A stretch of 32,000 bases of DNA from an uncultured Candidatus Neoarthromitus sp. Lineage in GTDB: Bacteria > Bacillota > Clostridia > Clostridiales > Clostridiaceae. The stretch lies in the NCBI GenBank assembly GCA_937890765.1, contig CALADQ010000003.1:68461-100460 (forward strand). Direction: 5' to 3'. The notes beneath the pieces are model-generated. The model did no database searches and had not been told where the DNA came from. It worked only from the letters and a program-made list of their open reading frames with translations. Of the stretch, positions 8,628 through 18,048 are shown piece after piece. Every line of letters begins with the position of its first letter. Position 1 is the first letter of the stretch. Both the position numbers and the translations under genes were made by a program.

Positions 8628-10490
8628 TCAAGATTTTTTAATTATTGTGTCGATTATATCATTTTTATTTGAAGAATTAACGAGTTTTTTAACGTTGTTT
8701 TTATTTTCTATAATAAGAGCTATATCTGAAAGTATTTTTATATGATTTTCTCCCTTTCCCGCAATACCAAAAATTAAATACGCCTTTTCATCTCCAAAAC
8801 TAACACCATCTTTAACTTGCAACAAAACTATTCCAGATTTTTTAATGCTCGATTCAAAAGTTTTTTCACCGTGCGGTATAGCAACGCCCATTCCTATATA
8901 AGTTGAAAATAATTTTTCACGTTGTAACATTCCCTCAACATAATTTTCATCTACGTAACCATTTTTAAACAAAAGTTCTCCAGCTAATTTTATAGCTTCT
9001 TCTTTCGTTGAAACTTTTGCATCTAAAATTATATTGTCTTCGTTGAAAATATTTTTTGAAAATTCCAAATCCTTAGAATCCAAAATACATTCTTCATCTA
9101 AACTCAATTCATTTTTTGAATTTACAATGTGCAAAAATAAATCTTCCAAATTCGGATCGCTTAAAAAATTATTTATAGAAACGATTTTAGCATTTGAGTT
9201 TTTTGATAAAACCCTATCCTTCAAATTGTAATGAGTAACGACGATTTGCGCATCACTTGGAACGCTATCAACAGAAGAATAACTAACATTTATTTTTATA
9301 CCATGCTCTTTAAGTCTGTTTTTAAATTTAGATGCTCCCATAGCACTTGAACCCATACCTGCATCGCAAGCAAAAACAATTTTTTCAAAATTATTTGGAA
9401 AAACGTCGTTACGATTTGAGATTTTCATATTTTTAACATCTTTCTTTGCTTTGTCAAACTCCTCATCACTAGTAAAATTTTTGTTTCTCTTTATAAAAAA
9501 GCTTGCAACAACAAAACTAACTAAAGCAGACAAGAAAACTCCTAGTAGTATTTTAAATAAATCTCCTTTAGCTGAAAGAGCCATTATAGCGAATATACTA
9601 CCTGGTGATGGTGTTGACACAAGTCCAACTGAAAAAATTGAAAAAACAAAAACTCCAACAGCTCCTCCTAATATAACAGCAAAAATTAGAATAGGATTCA
9701 TAAGTATATAAGGAAAATATATTTCATGTATTCCACCTAAGAAATGAATAATTGCTGCTCCTGTTGTAGATTGTTTAACCATTCCTTTACTGAAAAAAAA
9801 GTATGCCAAAATTACCCCAAGTCCTGGGCCTGGGTTTGATTCTAGCAAATATAAAACTGATTTTCCCATTTCTTGAACTTGCTCAACTCCAATTGGTGCT
9901 AAAATTCCATGATTAATTGCATTATTTAAAAATAAAACCTTAGCAGGCTCTATAAATATTGAAACTAAAGGCAAAAGTCCTTTTGATATAATAAAGGAAA
10001 CTCCCATGGATAAAAATCCTGTTAAAGTTGTTATAACAGGTCCAACAACCAAAAGAGAAATAATTGATAATATTAATCCTAAAATCCCTATTGAAAAATT
10101 ATTTATAAGCATTTCAAAACCTGAAGGAATTTTATCTTCAACTATTTTGTCAAACTTTTTAATTACATATCCACTAATAGGCCCAACTATCATAGCACCT
10201 ATAAACATTGTAATGTTAGAACCAACTATAACGCCAATGGTTGAAATCGCCCCTATGATTCCACCACGAGTTCCACCTGTTAACTTTCCGCCAGTGTAAC
10301 CTATTAAAATAGGAAGCAAATATTTTATCATTGGATCTACTAATTGGCCAAAGTGTTCATTAGGAAACCAACCTGTAGGTATAAAGAATGCAGTTATTAA
10401 ACCCCACGCAATAAATGCCCCAATATTTGGCATAACCATTCCGCTTAAAAATTTTCCGAAACTTTGAATTTTATCATTGATGTTATTCAC
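8628..10490 (-). CDS. mtlA: Mannitol-specific PTS transporter EIICBA
   Basis: 620 aa; FGKFLSGMVMPNIGAFIAWGLITAFFIPTGWFPN, GGIHEIYFPYILMNP, EIIB loop VFACDAGMGSSAMGASKFKNRL, EIIA motif GMGVAIPHGEKTFESSIKKSG. GTG start with AAGGGGG upstream. Confidence 0.95.
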   Translation of the reverse strand: MNNINDKIQSFGKFLSGMVMPNIGAFIAWGLITAFFIPTGWFPNEHFGQLVDPMIKYLLPILIGYTGGKLTGGTRGGIIGAISTIGVIVGSNITMFIGAMIVGPISGYVIKKFDKIVEDKIPSGFEMLINNFSIGILGLILSIISLLVVGPVITTLTGFLSMGVSFIISKGLLPLVSIFIEPAKVLFLNNAINHGILAPIGVEQVQEMGKSVLYLLESNPGPGLGVILAYFFFSKGMVKQSTTGAAIIHFLGGIHEIYFPYILMNPILIFAVILGGAVGVFVFSIFSVGLVSTPSPGSIFAIMALSAKGDLFKILLGVFLSALVSFVVASFFIKRNKNFTSDEEFDKAKKDVKNMKISNRNDVFPNNFEKIVFACDAGMGSSAMGASKFKNRLKEHGIKINVSYSSVDSVPSDAQIVVTHYNLKDRVLSKNSNAKIVSINNFLSDPNLEDLFLHIVNSKNELSLDEECILDSKDLEFSKNIFNEDNIILDAKVSTKEEAIKLAGELLFKNGYVDENYVEGMLQREKLFSTYIGMGVAIPHGEKTFESSIKKSGIVLLQVKDGVSFGDEKAYLIFGIAGKGENHIKILSDIALIIENKNNVKKLVNSSNKNDIIDTIIKKS

Positions 10491-10531
10491 ATTAATTACC
10501 CCCTTGGAAATTATTTTTTATTTATATCGAA

Positions 10532-10561
10532 ATTATATATCCTAAAATAACATTCTCACAA
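10532..10561 (-). promoter_or_regulatory. Candidate sigma-A promoter for the mannitol locus
   Basis: Minus strand TTGTGA - 18 nt - TATAAT upstream of mtlA start at 10490. Confidence 0.55.
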
Positions 10562-10576
10562 TTAAAACAAATTTTT

Positions 10577-10605
10577 AAAATGACATTAAATGTTAATGTC
10601 ATTTT
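10577..10605. promoter_or_regulatory. 13-bp inverted repeat, candidate MtlR operator
   Basis: AAAATGACATTAA-ATG-TTAATGTCATTTT, perfect arms, centred about 66 nt upstream of the inferred mtlA transcription start. Confidence 0.45.
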
Positions 10606-10617
10606 TACAAAATAAAA

Positions 10618-10637
10618 AAGTAGCTCGAAAGCTACTT
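10618..10637 (-). terminator. Rho-independent terminator after the DUF4097-like gene
   Basis: Minus strand AAGTAGCT-TTCG-AGCTACTT followed by TTTTATTTTG, just past the stop at 10641. Confidence 0.75.
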
Positions 10638-10640
10638 AAC

Positions 10641-11378
10641 CTAACTAGTTATATTTGCATTAACATTTAATTTTTGTTTTCCGTTTACGGTATTAACTTT
10701 AAGAGATTTAATTTCGTATTCTAATTCAAGAGAATTTGCAAATATAAAATCTCCATTAACTACATTCGTGTTAATATTTTCACCATAAACATCTACAAAA
10801 TCTCCATTTCCATCTTTAATATTTAAATTTAAATTAATCGTGTTTACAAAATTTAATGACACATGACCATTTGATTTAAATATTTCTATGTTTCTACCTT
10901 TTAAAGATTCTATTTTAACTACTCCTGTTTGTGCGTTAATAATTAAATTATCAATATCCACATCGTAAAATTCTATATCGCCATTTCCAACCTTTAAATT
11001 TAAATTACTTATAGTATTTTTTCTAGGGACTTTTATTAGAATTCTTCCGCTATGCCCTACTTGGGTAAAGTTTTCTTTATTATTTTTAATTATTGAAATG
11101 TTATTATCTTCATCATACTCAACCAAATAAGGAAATTCTTCTGACAAATAGCTTGTTTTAATATTTATCATATCCAATTCTTCATCATACAAAATTTTAA
11201 CGTCTGTATCCAAAACATCTATATGAATATTTTTATCTAAAGAATCTTTTAATTTATACTCTTTGTTTATAACTTTCTTAGTCCTAAAATGTGATTTTTT
11301 ACCTGTAATTATTTTTAAAATAACATCTCTAAAAATTAAGAGCAGGATAACTATTAATAAAATTATCCCTAATTTCAT
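10641..11378 (-). CDS. Membrane-anchored DUF4097-like beta-helix/adhesin-like protein
   Basis: 245 aa; N-terminal TM (LGIILLIVILLLIFRDVILKII) followed by repetitive beta segments (NLNLKVGNGDIEFYDVDIDNLIINAQTGVVKIESLKG...LNIKDGNGDFVDVYGENINTNVVNGDF). Confidence 0.7.
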   Translation of the reverse strand: MKLGIILLIVILLLIFRDVILKIITGKKSHFRTKKVINKEYKLKDSLDKNIHIDVLDTDVKILYDEELDMINIKTSYLSEEFPYLVEYDEDNNISIIKNNKENFTQVGHSGRILIKVPRKNTISNLNLKVGNGDIEFYDVDIDNLIINAQTGVVKIESLKGRNIEIFKSNGHVSLNFVNTINLNLNIKDGNGDFVDVYGENINTNVVNGDFIFANSLELEYEIKSLKVNTVNGKQKLNVNANITS

Positions 11379-11451
11379 AAAATTCCCTCCTTTTGATATA
11401 AATATATTTTATCACATAATTAAGAAACCTACTGAAATAATTCAATAGGTT

Positions 11452-11949
11452 TTACAAAAGTTTTTCATAACAATAGAATGGATATTTTTTTGATTCTAAA
11501 TTTATTTTTCCAACTCGTTTGAATGCAAGTTTTTCGAGTAAAGAAATAATAGGAGTGTTTAATCCATACGCCGCTGCTTTAAGATAATTAAGTCGTTGTC
11601 TTTTTGAAATATCTTCAGCAAGTGAAATTAAATCTTCTGCTACTCCTTTTCTCCTATAAATTTTATTGACGAACAACCTACAAAAAGAAGTGCATGGTGT
11701 TACTCTACTCCATTTAATCCCGTCTTCAGGTTTTCCTATTTCTTGATTATCAATACAAATAATCCCCGCTATTTCCGTTCCAATACCTCTAATATATAAA
11801 TGTCCACTGTCTATATCCTCAGCAAAGTGAGATACATTTGGATATTCATCGCTAAATTGGTCGCTACCTTGTTCTTTCATTTCTTTTTTAATATCTTCTA
11901 CAATGTACATTACTCTACGCAAATCTTGAATTACCGCTCTTCTTAACAC
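11452..11949 (-). CDS. GNAT family N-acetyltransferase
   Basis: 165 aa; LRRAVIQDLRRVMYIVEDI, CRLFVNKIYRRKGVAEDLISLAEDISKRQRLNYLKAAAYGLNTPIISLLEKLAFKRVG. Confidence 0.85.
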   Translation of the reverse strand: MLRRAVIQDLRRVMYIVEDIKKEMKEQGSDQFSDEYPNVSHFAEDIDSGHLYIRGIGTEIAGIICIDNQEIGKPEDGIKWSRVTPCTSFCRLFVNKIYRRKGVAEDLISLAEDISKRQRLNYLKAAAYGLNTPIISLLEKLAFKRVGKINLESKKYPFYCYEKLL

Positions 11950-12059
11950 TAATGAATTCCCCTTTTTACTATAAAAGTATAACTCATAAATTTATATTTA
12001 TCATCTAATAAAAAGTTTTTCCAAAAAACAAATTAAAATTCAAAGAAAATGGATATTAA

Positions 12060-12097
12060 CAAAAAAATTAAGTGGCAAATCGAAATTCACCACTTAA
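12060..12097 (-). terminator. Rho-independent terminator of the giant surface-protein gene
   Basis: Minus strand TTAAGTGG-(14 nt)-CCACTTAA followed by TTTTTTTG. Confidence 0.75.
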
Positions 12098-12108
12098 CTT
12101 TTAAAATT

Positions 12109-15100
12109 TTAAGCTACAACCCCAGCTGCATCTTGGTCAGATTGTCTCCAGAATATTCCGGCTTTATCACAAAGTTTTCCAAACTCTGGTTCGTGAACCA
12201 TCCTGTCAACAAGAGTTTCTTGAGCTAATTTTTTATTTCCTTGAGCGTTCTTCAAGTTTTCGTTGTATATACTAATCCAGAAATTTAATCCTTCTTCGTC
12301 AAAATCTCTGTTAACAACTATTTGATAAAGTGCCGCAATAAGATCTCTATCTGCTAAGTTTCTATTCGTAAATTCATCTTCTGCGAACATTAAGTTCTTA
12401 AGGAAATATTCTCCGTTGAGTTTCTTAGTTAACATTCTGTGTTCATACCAATAGTTATAGCCTTCTTCATCTGGGAATCTTTCAAACGCAAACCAATATG
12501 CATTACTTAACCAATCTTGAGTTATATTTTCTGGTTCGGTTGTAAATTCTTTTATAGTTATAGTCATTGATGTTCCATCTTTTAATGGAATTTGTACTTC
12601 TACATTTTGATATCTTTTCTTAGGTATAGTAGGTTCTATTATAAAGCTAGTTCCATCATCGCTAAGTTTTACTTTAAATCCTTTATATTGCTCATCACCC
12701 ATAGAAAGTTGTATCTCTCCATCTTTATTTACTTCGACATCTGAAGTTGGTATTGAAAATTTTGCTTTAGTTCCTTGTATTTTATCTTCAACTTGTTCAA
12801 TTATTACATCTTTGGCAGGATTTGCTTTTGTTGTAAAGTTTACTTCTACAGGATCTATATTTAATCCTTCTTTAACTATTTGGACTTTTGCAACGTACTC
12901 AGTTTCTCCCTCAAGTTCATTAAATGTATATGAAGTTGTTCCTGTTCCTGTTGATGAATTTGATGGAGTACTAGGATATTCAGTATCATTTTTCTTTCTT
13001 ATGAAAACTTCTGTTTTATCAGCATCACCCAAAGATACATTTGAAGGATACTTCCAGTTTATAGCAGCGGTATTGTTTTGAAGTGCATCTTCACTGGAAG
13101 ACACAACTAAGTTTGATGTCTTAAACCTTTTAATATATTTAAGTCCTCCTAATTCATATAAAACTACAACTTCATAATCCTTACTTGGATCTTCCACTTC
13201 TACGTTAAAATCTTTTACTGATCTAATATCTGGACCTAATATTTCTTTATGAGTTAACTGCTTAATTGCATTTATCTCTTCTGGTATAGGCCCTTCACTA
13301 GCTTCTCTGTGTGCTATTATAAGTTTATCAGTGTGTTCATATTTAGATTCATCTTTGTAAAAATCTATTTCTTTATCGCCATAGTTCCAAGATATAACGT
13401 TAGAATTATGCTTTATAGATTCTAATGTTACATCAGTTACATTAAGGGCACCTGTTGTAAATTCAAATTTAGCCGGTGCAGCTTCACCATCTTGTAATTC
13501 TAACTTTACTAAAACTTCATAGGCAGCTTCCGGTAAAAGATAACTTAACTCTATTAATCTCATATCATCTGGTATACTTAGTGACTCTGATTGAACGCCT
13601 TCAAATGCTAAGAAATTTTCTGTTTCAAGTTCACCTTCGGCAAACTCATCTTTAGCATAAATTAATAATTTATCACCAGAAACGAATTCATAGTTATCAG
13701 GTGCCTCAAATTGAATTAATGCTCTTGTAGCTTCTTTAGAAAATAAACTAGCCTTAACAGGGTTTATAGTGTTTGTGAAGGTCAATTCTTTCTCGTATTT
13801 TCTGTCACCAACCGTATAAACTAACTTCATATTTTGTTCCGCACCTATAGTTTCAGCAAGAACATAATCACTAAATGTCGTGTCTATATCTGGATCCCCA
13901 TCTTTACTTGGATGCCCTTGAATCATGTAAGAAGGACTAGTAGGATAATCAGCTGCTGATGCTAATTTTACAAATATTTCAACTTTATCAGCATCGCCAA
14001 ATTTCATATTTTCAGGTTCAACTGCCCAACGAACGAGTATATCGTATTCTTCATAACTATCAACTTCAAAAGATTTTATAGCAAATGATTTCGTTGAAAT
14101 ATCTACTTCTGTAAATATTGGAGTATTATCTCCATGCATAGTAAACTGAATTTTAGCCTTATACTTACTTTCAGGGGTTAAACCTGAAACATCAACACGA
14201 GTTATCTCATTTAAGTCTACTCCATTTTCACCTTGAACTAATTTGAGTAAAGCCTCTCCATACTCACCACTCCTCTGAGTACTTGAGTCCTTAATTTCTT
14301 TAACAAATATTTCAAGTTTATCATTCTCTTGTATCTCATATCCCTCTGGATATTCCCAACCAAAAGTAGCCTTAGCTTGATCTGAAGTAAATACTGAAGC
14401 TTTAAACGTATTTACTTTAGTTTTAAATTTAACTTCAGCCTTAGCAGTCTCTTTATTTTGTTGTTCTTGTCTACCGTCATGTTTATCCCCCATATCTTTG
14501 TACTCAACAATTACTGAATAAGTTTTATTAGGATCTAAATGTTCTATATCTATAGACTTAAATTTCTTAAATTTATCTTCAATTAAATTTGTATATTCAT
14601 TTCCCTGTCTGCTTTCAACTTCTTGATTTCTACTTCTATAATCTACACTTTCTGGAATTTCCCCACCACCAATACTAGAACATGTTCTACTAAGAAGTTT
14701 TTTATATCCTTGTACAGAAATATCTTCTTCACCATTTTTCGATAAAATACTTGATGCTGCTGAATCTTCCTTAATATATAAATTTATAGTACTAACTCCA
14801 TCCTTAGTTTTCTTGGATATTGGTGAATAATCCCAACTTATAGTTGCTTTCTTAGGCTTAACATTACTCGCAACTACTGAAGTAACTTGTAATTTTGTAG
14901 TTAGTTGGAAATTAGATTCTACAGTGCTAACTTCAGTTTTATCATTTATAAAAGTAGCAGTTAAAGTATAATGCCAGTTCGTTTTTAATCCTGTTATTTC
15001 GGCAGTATTACTACTAACACTAAATACACCGTCATTTTGCAAAGTTATATCTGCATGCGAAGTTCCTTGCCCATTAGCATTCTGATTACCTACCAATGTT

Positions 15101-18048
15101 AACTTAACACTGTCTTTTGTATCATCCTTGTTATCACTATATCCATCAGGATAATCCCACTTTACAACTACTCTTGTATTACTACTATCACTATCTTGAG
15201 TGCCTGCTGTAATACTAGTTATCTGAACGGCCAACTCCCCCAAAACTTCTGCTTGTACAAATTCGTGTATTTTCTTACCGTTAAGAACATATTCAATCTT
15301 TATATTGTACGGTGTATTATATTTAGGAACATTTATTGAAGTTGTGTTTCTCCCTTGTACTTGAGATGTATCTTCTTCACTTTGTTGTTCAGTATTTTGA
15401 GCGTTCTCTCCTACATTGTTACCATTTCTGGTTGAAGTACTACCATCTCCATTTAAAGTCCCATCAGAATTTAATGAAATACTTTTAACTGGCTCTTCTG
15501 GATACTCTGAAGTACTACCTTCTTTTAAATAAATATTTACTTTATCTTCTGCTCCGAAAGTAACCTCTCCCCTAGTATTCCAAGATAGGTTTAATTTTCT
15601 TGATTTTTTTTCCTGTACAGCTCTTAAGTCAGTTATTTCAAAAGCACCAGTAGTAAAGTTTACAAAAAATTCTCTAACTCTGCTATTAGTATCAAATGTA
15701 TTAGCTTTTTGTAAAACGTGTTGAAATCTTACTCTATAGGATTGACCAGCGTCAAGATTAGTAAGAGCAAATTCTTTAGTTCTTGATATGTCCATATTAT
15801 TAAGACCATGTTCATATTCAAATAATGGTTCCTCGTCAAATCCTGAAGTTGTGTTATCGTTAGGAGAACTTATTTTCTTAATATGCGCTCTAACTAACTG
15901 TCCAGCTTCTGGAACATATTTAACTATGCTATCACTTGAAGGATTAAATCCATGATCATATTCCCAAGTTAACTTAGCTGACGTCTGTTGTATATCTGTG
16001 ACTTGGACATTAGGGGTTTTAACCATTACTTCAACAGTCTTTCTGTTATATCCCGATTCACCTTGAACATTGTCAGGTTTAGCAGTTATTATTTTCTTTC
16101 CACCTATTGTATAAATAACGTCAACGTGATAATGATCTAACCAACTTGGTATAACTATATCTCCACTTTTAACAGTATTTAAATCCACACCTTGTTCACC
16201 ATGAACTTTCTTGAAAACTGGATTGCGATATTTATCGGTTGTTGGATATCCTGAAAAATCCCAACCACCATTTGGCTTTATCCAAATTTCCACTTTATCA
16301 CCATTAGAAAATGTCATATTATCTGGACTAAAATCCCAAGTTACTGTCATATTTTTTGCTCTATGACGTGCTACATGCCAATAACTACTTGTATCATAAT
16401 CACAATTTTGTATATCTATATATTTTTTTAAAGCAAAAGTCTTCGTATCAAATTGGGTATACCCAGTTACTGAACCTCTCTGATTGCTTAAAACAACTTT
16501 AGCTTCATAACGCGTACTTGGGGCTATTTGAGTAACATCAGCCGATTTTGTATTAGTCAAATTTACATTATTAGTACCTTGAACTAATGAAACTTTTGGT
16601 GTAGCTGGAAAATTAGGTCCATCATCTTCATCTCTTAAAAATATCTCAACCTTATCTCCTGATACTGGAGTATATCCTGAAGGATATTCCCAAGTAACTT
16701 TTGCTGAAGTGTACTGAATTGTATTATTACCTGTTGTAAGTGTTGTATAGAAAAACGGCATGCTTATAGTGTTAGTTCCATTTGTAAACTCAACTATATA
16801 ATTTTTATTAGTAGAGAATTTAACTCCAGAAATTATATTCATCTCATTTTCTAATGTATCCGATACACCAGATGTTTTCTCACAAACCTTAGTTCCTTTA
16901 GTAAAATTATCACTTAATTCATGTACATATATTTTATTACTTCCACCATTTTTATTAAAGAATGGCTTCATATTAGGTTGCATAGTTACTTTTACCTTAT
17001 TTTCTGCTTCAACAACCTTAACTTTTGCATTAAGCTTCTCAAATTTATAGAAAATACATAAACCAAATTTACCTTCCCAAGCTTCAGAACCCTTCTCTAA
17101 TCTCAAAGTATGATCTCTATTAATAGAAAGATTTTCATCAGTAATTTTAGCTATTTTTTTTGTTTTATCCGTTATTGTTCCATAATTACCACTTACTCTT
17201 CTAAATCTATGGTCATTCCCAATTGTTAAATTGCTACCACCTTTAGGATCTTTAAAAACTACTTCATAATCTACGTTATCACTATTATTCCTATAATCTA
17301 TTTTTTTCAATTCTATCGGTATAACCTGTAGTGTAATGCTATTACCTCTATTTTGGGTAAATATCTTCCAAACATATTCCCTACCTCTTACTTTAGCTTT
17401 GAACCAATATCCTGCATCATTTCTAAAATTTGATTTTACATTTTGCCAGACTTGCTTTCTTTGCTTTCCCTTCAAATCTCTTACAGTAGTTGTTACTTTG
17501 TTAAATATATTATTTCCATAGCTACTTTCTCCATATATCTCTATTGTTTCATCATCATTAAATGAATTTAACCAATTTTCATCAAAAATAGCTTCAAAAT
17601 CATTATTGTTAAATTTCAACTGTGGTTCATTACCCATGTCATAATCATTGTAAACGAAATTAAACAGTGCTTTCTTATTTTGACCTCCTATATTAACAAC
17701 AGCTTCTATTGAATATTTTTCACCATTCAAAGGTAAAAATTTAGCTTTCCAAGCTTTCTTAGTATTATTATCAACAACTTGTGAAGTTATTGTTTTACCC
17801 TCTTTTTTCAATGTGAATTGTTCTACTTTGTCGTTGGCTGATAAAAAACTGTTGAAATCAAATACAACATATTTATTTTCATTTCTTATTTCAAAATTTA
17901 TATCTCTTCCCGAACTTATATCAATTATGTTATTGTTATTCTGGGTATTTGAATTTGCATAAGCTGTTTGAACTTCCATTCCAAAATTCATGACGTAAAA
18001 ATTGAAAAACAATACAAAACATAAAATTCTACACAAATTCTTAATCAA
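12109..18048 (-). CDS. Giant secreted multi-module (Fn3-like) protein with C-terminal DUF4214-like region; ORF track start 18135, proposed start TTG at 18048
   Basis: Signal peptide IKNLCRILCFVLFFNFYVMNFGMEVQTAYA; about 11 divergent modules with the WxYPxGY...GDKVEIFxK pattern; C-terminal NAYWFAFERFPDEEGYNYWYEH...ALYQIVVNRDFDEEGLNFWISIY resembles DUF4214 (PF13946). SD GGAGG at 18062-18058 is 9 nt upstream of TTG 18048. Confidence 0.85.
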   Translation of the reverse strand: MIKNLCRILCFVLFFNFYVMNFGMEVQTAYANSNTQNNNNIIDISSGRDINFEIRNENKYVVFDFNSFLSANDKVEQFTLKKEGKTITSQVVDNNTKKAWKAKFLPLNGEKYSIEAVVNIGGQNKKALFNFVYNDYDMGNEPQLKFNNNDFEAIFDENWLNSFNDDETIEIYGESSYGNNIFNKVTTTVRDLKGKQRKQVWQNVKSNFRNDAGYWFKAKVRGREYVWKIFTQNRGNSITLQVIPIELKKIDYRNNSDNVDYEVVFKDPKGGSNLTIGNDHRFRRVSGNYGTITDKTKKIAKITDENLSINRDHTLRLEKGSEAWEGKFGLCIFYKFEKLNAKVKVVEAENKVKVTMQPNMKPFFNKNGGSNKIYVHELSDNFTKGTKVCEKTSGVSDTLENEMNIISGVKFSTNKNYIVEFTNGTNTISMPFFYTTLTTGNNTIQYTSAKVTWEYPSGYTPVSGDKVEIFLRDEDDGPNFPATPKVSLVQGTNNVNLTNTKSADVTQIAPSTRYEAKVVLSNQRGSVTGYTQFDTKTFALKKYIDIQNCDYDTSSYWHVARHRAKNMTVTWDFSPDNMTFSNGDKVEIWIKPNGGWDFSGYPTTDKYRNPVFKKVHGEQGVDLNTVKSGDIVIPSWLDHYHVDVIYTIGGKKIITAKPDNVQGESGYNRKTVEVMVKTPNVQVTDIQQTSAKLTWEYDHGFNPSSDSIVKYVPEAGQLVRAHIKKISSPNDNTTSGFDEEPLFEYEHGLNNMDISRTKEFALTNLDAGQSYRVRFQHVLQKANTFDTNSRVREFFVNFTTGAFEITDLRAVQEKKSRKLNLSWNTRGEVTFGAEDKVNIYLKEGSTSEYPEEPVKSISLNSDGTLNGDGSTSTRNGNNVGENAQNTEQQSEEDTSQVQGRNTTSINVPKYNTPYNIKIEYVLNGKKIHEFVQAEVLGELAVQITSITAGTQDSDSSNTRVVVKWDYPDGYSDNKDDTKDSVKLTLVGNQNANGQGTSHADITLQNDGVFSVSSNTAEITGLKTNWHYTLTATFINDKTEVSTVESNFQLTTKLQVTSVVASNVKPKKATISWDYSPISKKTKDGVSTINLYIKEDSAASSILSKNGEEDISVQGYKKLLSRTCSSIGGGEIPESVDYRSRNQEVESRQGNEYTNLIEDKFKKFKSIDIEHLDPNKTYSVIVEYKDMGDKHDGRQEQQNKETAKAEVKFKTKVNTFKASVFTSDQAKATFGWEYPEGYEIQENDKLEIFVKEIKDSSTQRSGEYGEALLKLVQGENGVDLNEITRVDVSGLTPESKYKAKIQFTMHGDNTPIFTEVDISTKSFAIKSFEVDSYEEYDILVRWAVEPENMKFGDADKVEIFVKLASAADYPTSPSYMIQGHPSKDGDPDIDTTFSDYVLAETIGAEQNMKLVYTVGDRKYEKELTFTNTINPVKASLFSKEATRALIQFEAPDNYEFVSGDKLLIYAKDEFAEGELETENFLAFEGVQSESLSIPDDMRLIELSYLLPEAAYEVLVKLELQDGEAAPAKFEFTTGALNVTDVTLESIKHNSNVISWNYGDKEIDFYKDESKYEHTDKLIIAHREASEGPIPEEINAIKQLTHKEILGPDIRSVKDFNVEVEDPSKDYEVVVLYELGGLKYIKRFKTSNLVVSSSEDALQNNTAAINWKYPSNVSLGDADKTEVFIRKKNDTEYPSTPSNSSTGTGTTSYTFNELEGETEYVAKVQIVKEGLNIDPVEVNFTTKANPAKDVIIEQVEDKIQGTKAKFSIPTSDVEVNKDGEIQLSMGDEQYKGFKVKLSDDGTSFIIEPTIPKKRYQNVEVQIPLKDGTSMTITIKEFTTEPENITQDWLSNAYWFAFERFPDEEGYNYWYEHRMLTKKLNGEYFLKNLMFAEDEFTNRNLADRDLIAALYQIVVNRDFDEEGLNFWISIYNENLKNAQGNKKLAQETLVDRMVHEPEFGKLCDKAGIFWRQSDQDAAGVVA
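12130..12480 (-). other. DUF4214-like domain region within the giant protein
   Basis: Two consecutive A(Y/L)(W/Y)..(F/V)..R.PDEEG..(Y/F)W-like segments. Confidence 0.7.
12830..16740 (-). repeat. Array of about 11 divergent Fn3-like modules encoded in the giant gene
   Basis: Recurring WEYPSGYTPVSGDKVEIFLR, WDFSPDNMTFSNGDKVEIWIK, WEYPEGYEIQENDKLEIFVK, WAVEPENMKFGDADKVEIFVK, WKYPSNVSLGDADKTEVFIRK with linker patterns F.TK.FA(L/I)K or ..GGKK. Confidence 0.8.

Noticed and set aside
9034-10299. Plus-strand ORFs (9034-9231, 9451-9711, 10006-10299) over mtlA
   Set aside because: Antisense to the conserved mtlA coding region; no RBS or domain evidence.
12812-17521. Short plus-strand ORFs (12812-13081, 17336-17521) antisense to the giant gene
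   Set aside because: No recognisable domains or supporting RBS; expected by chance on the opposite strand of a long AT-rich gene.
12109-18048. Possibility that the giant protein is an LPXTG adhesin, toxin (RHS/CDI-like) or polyketide-type megaenzyme
   Set aside because: No LPXTG, RHS/YD repeats, toxin domain, carrier or catalytic motifs; only Fn3-like modules and a DUF4214-like end.
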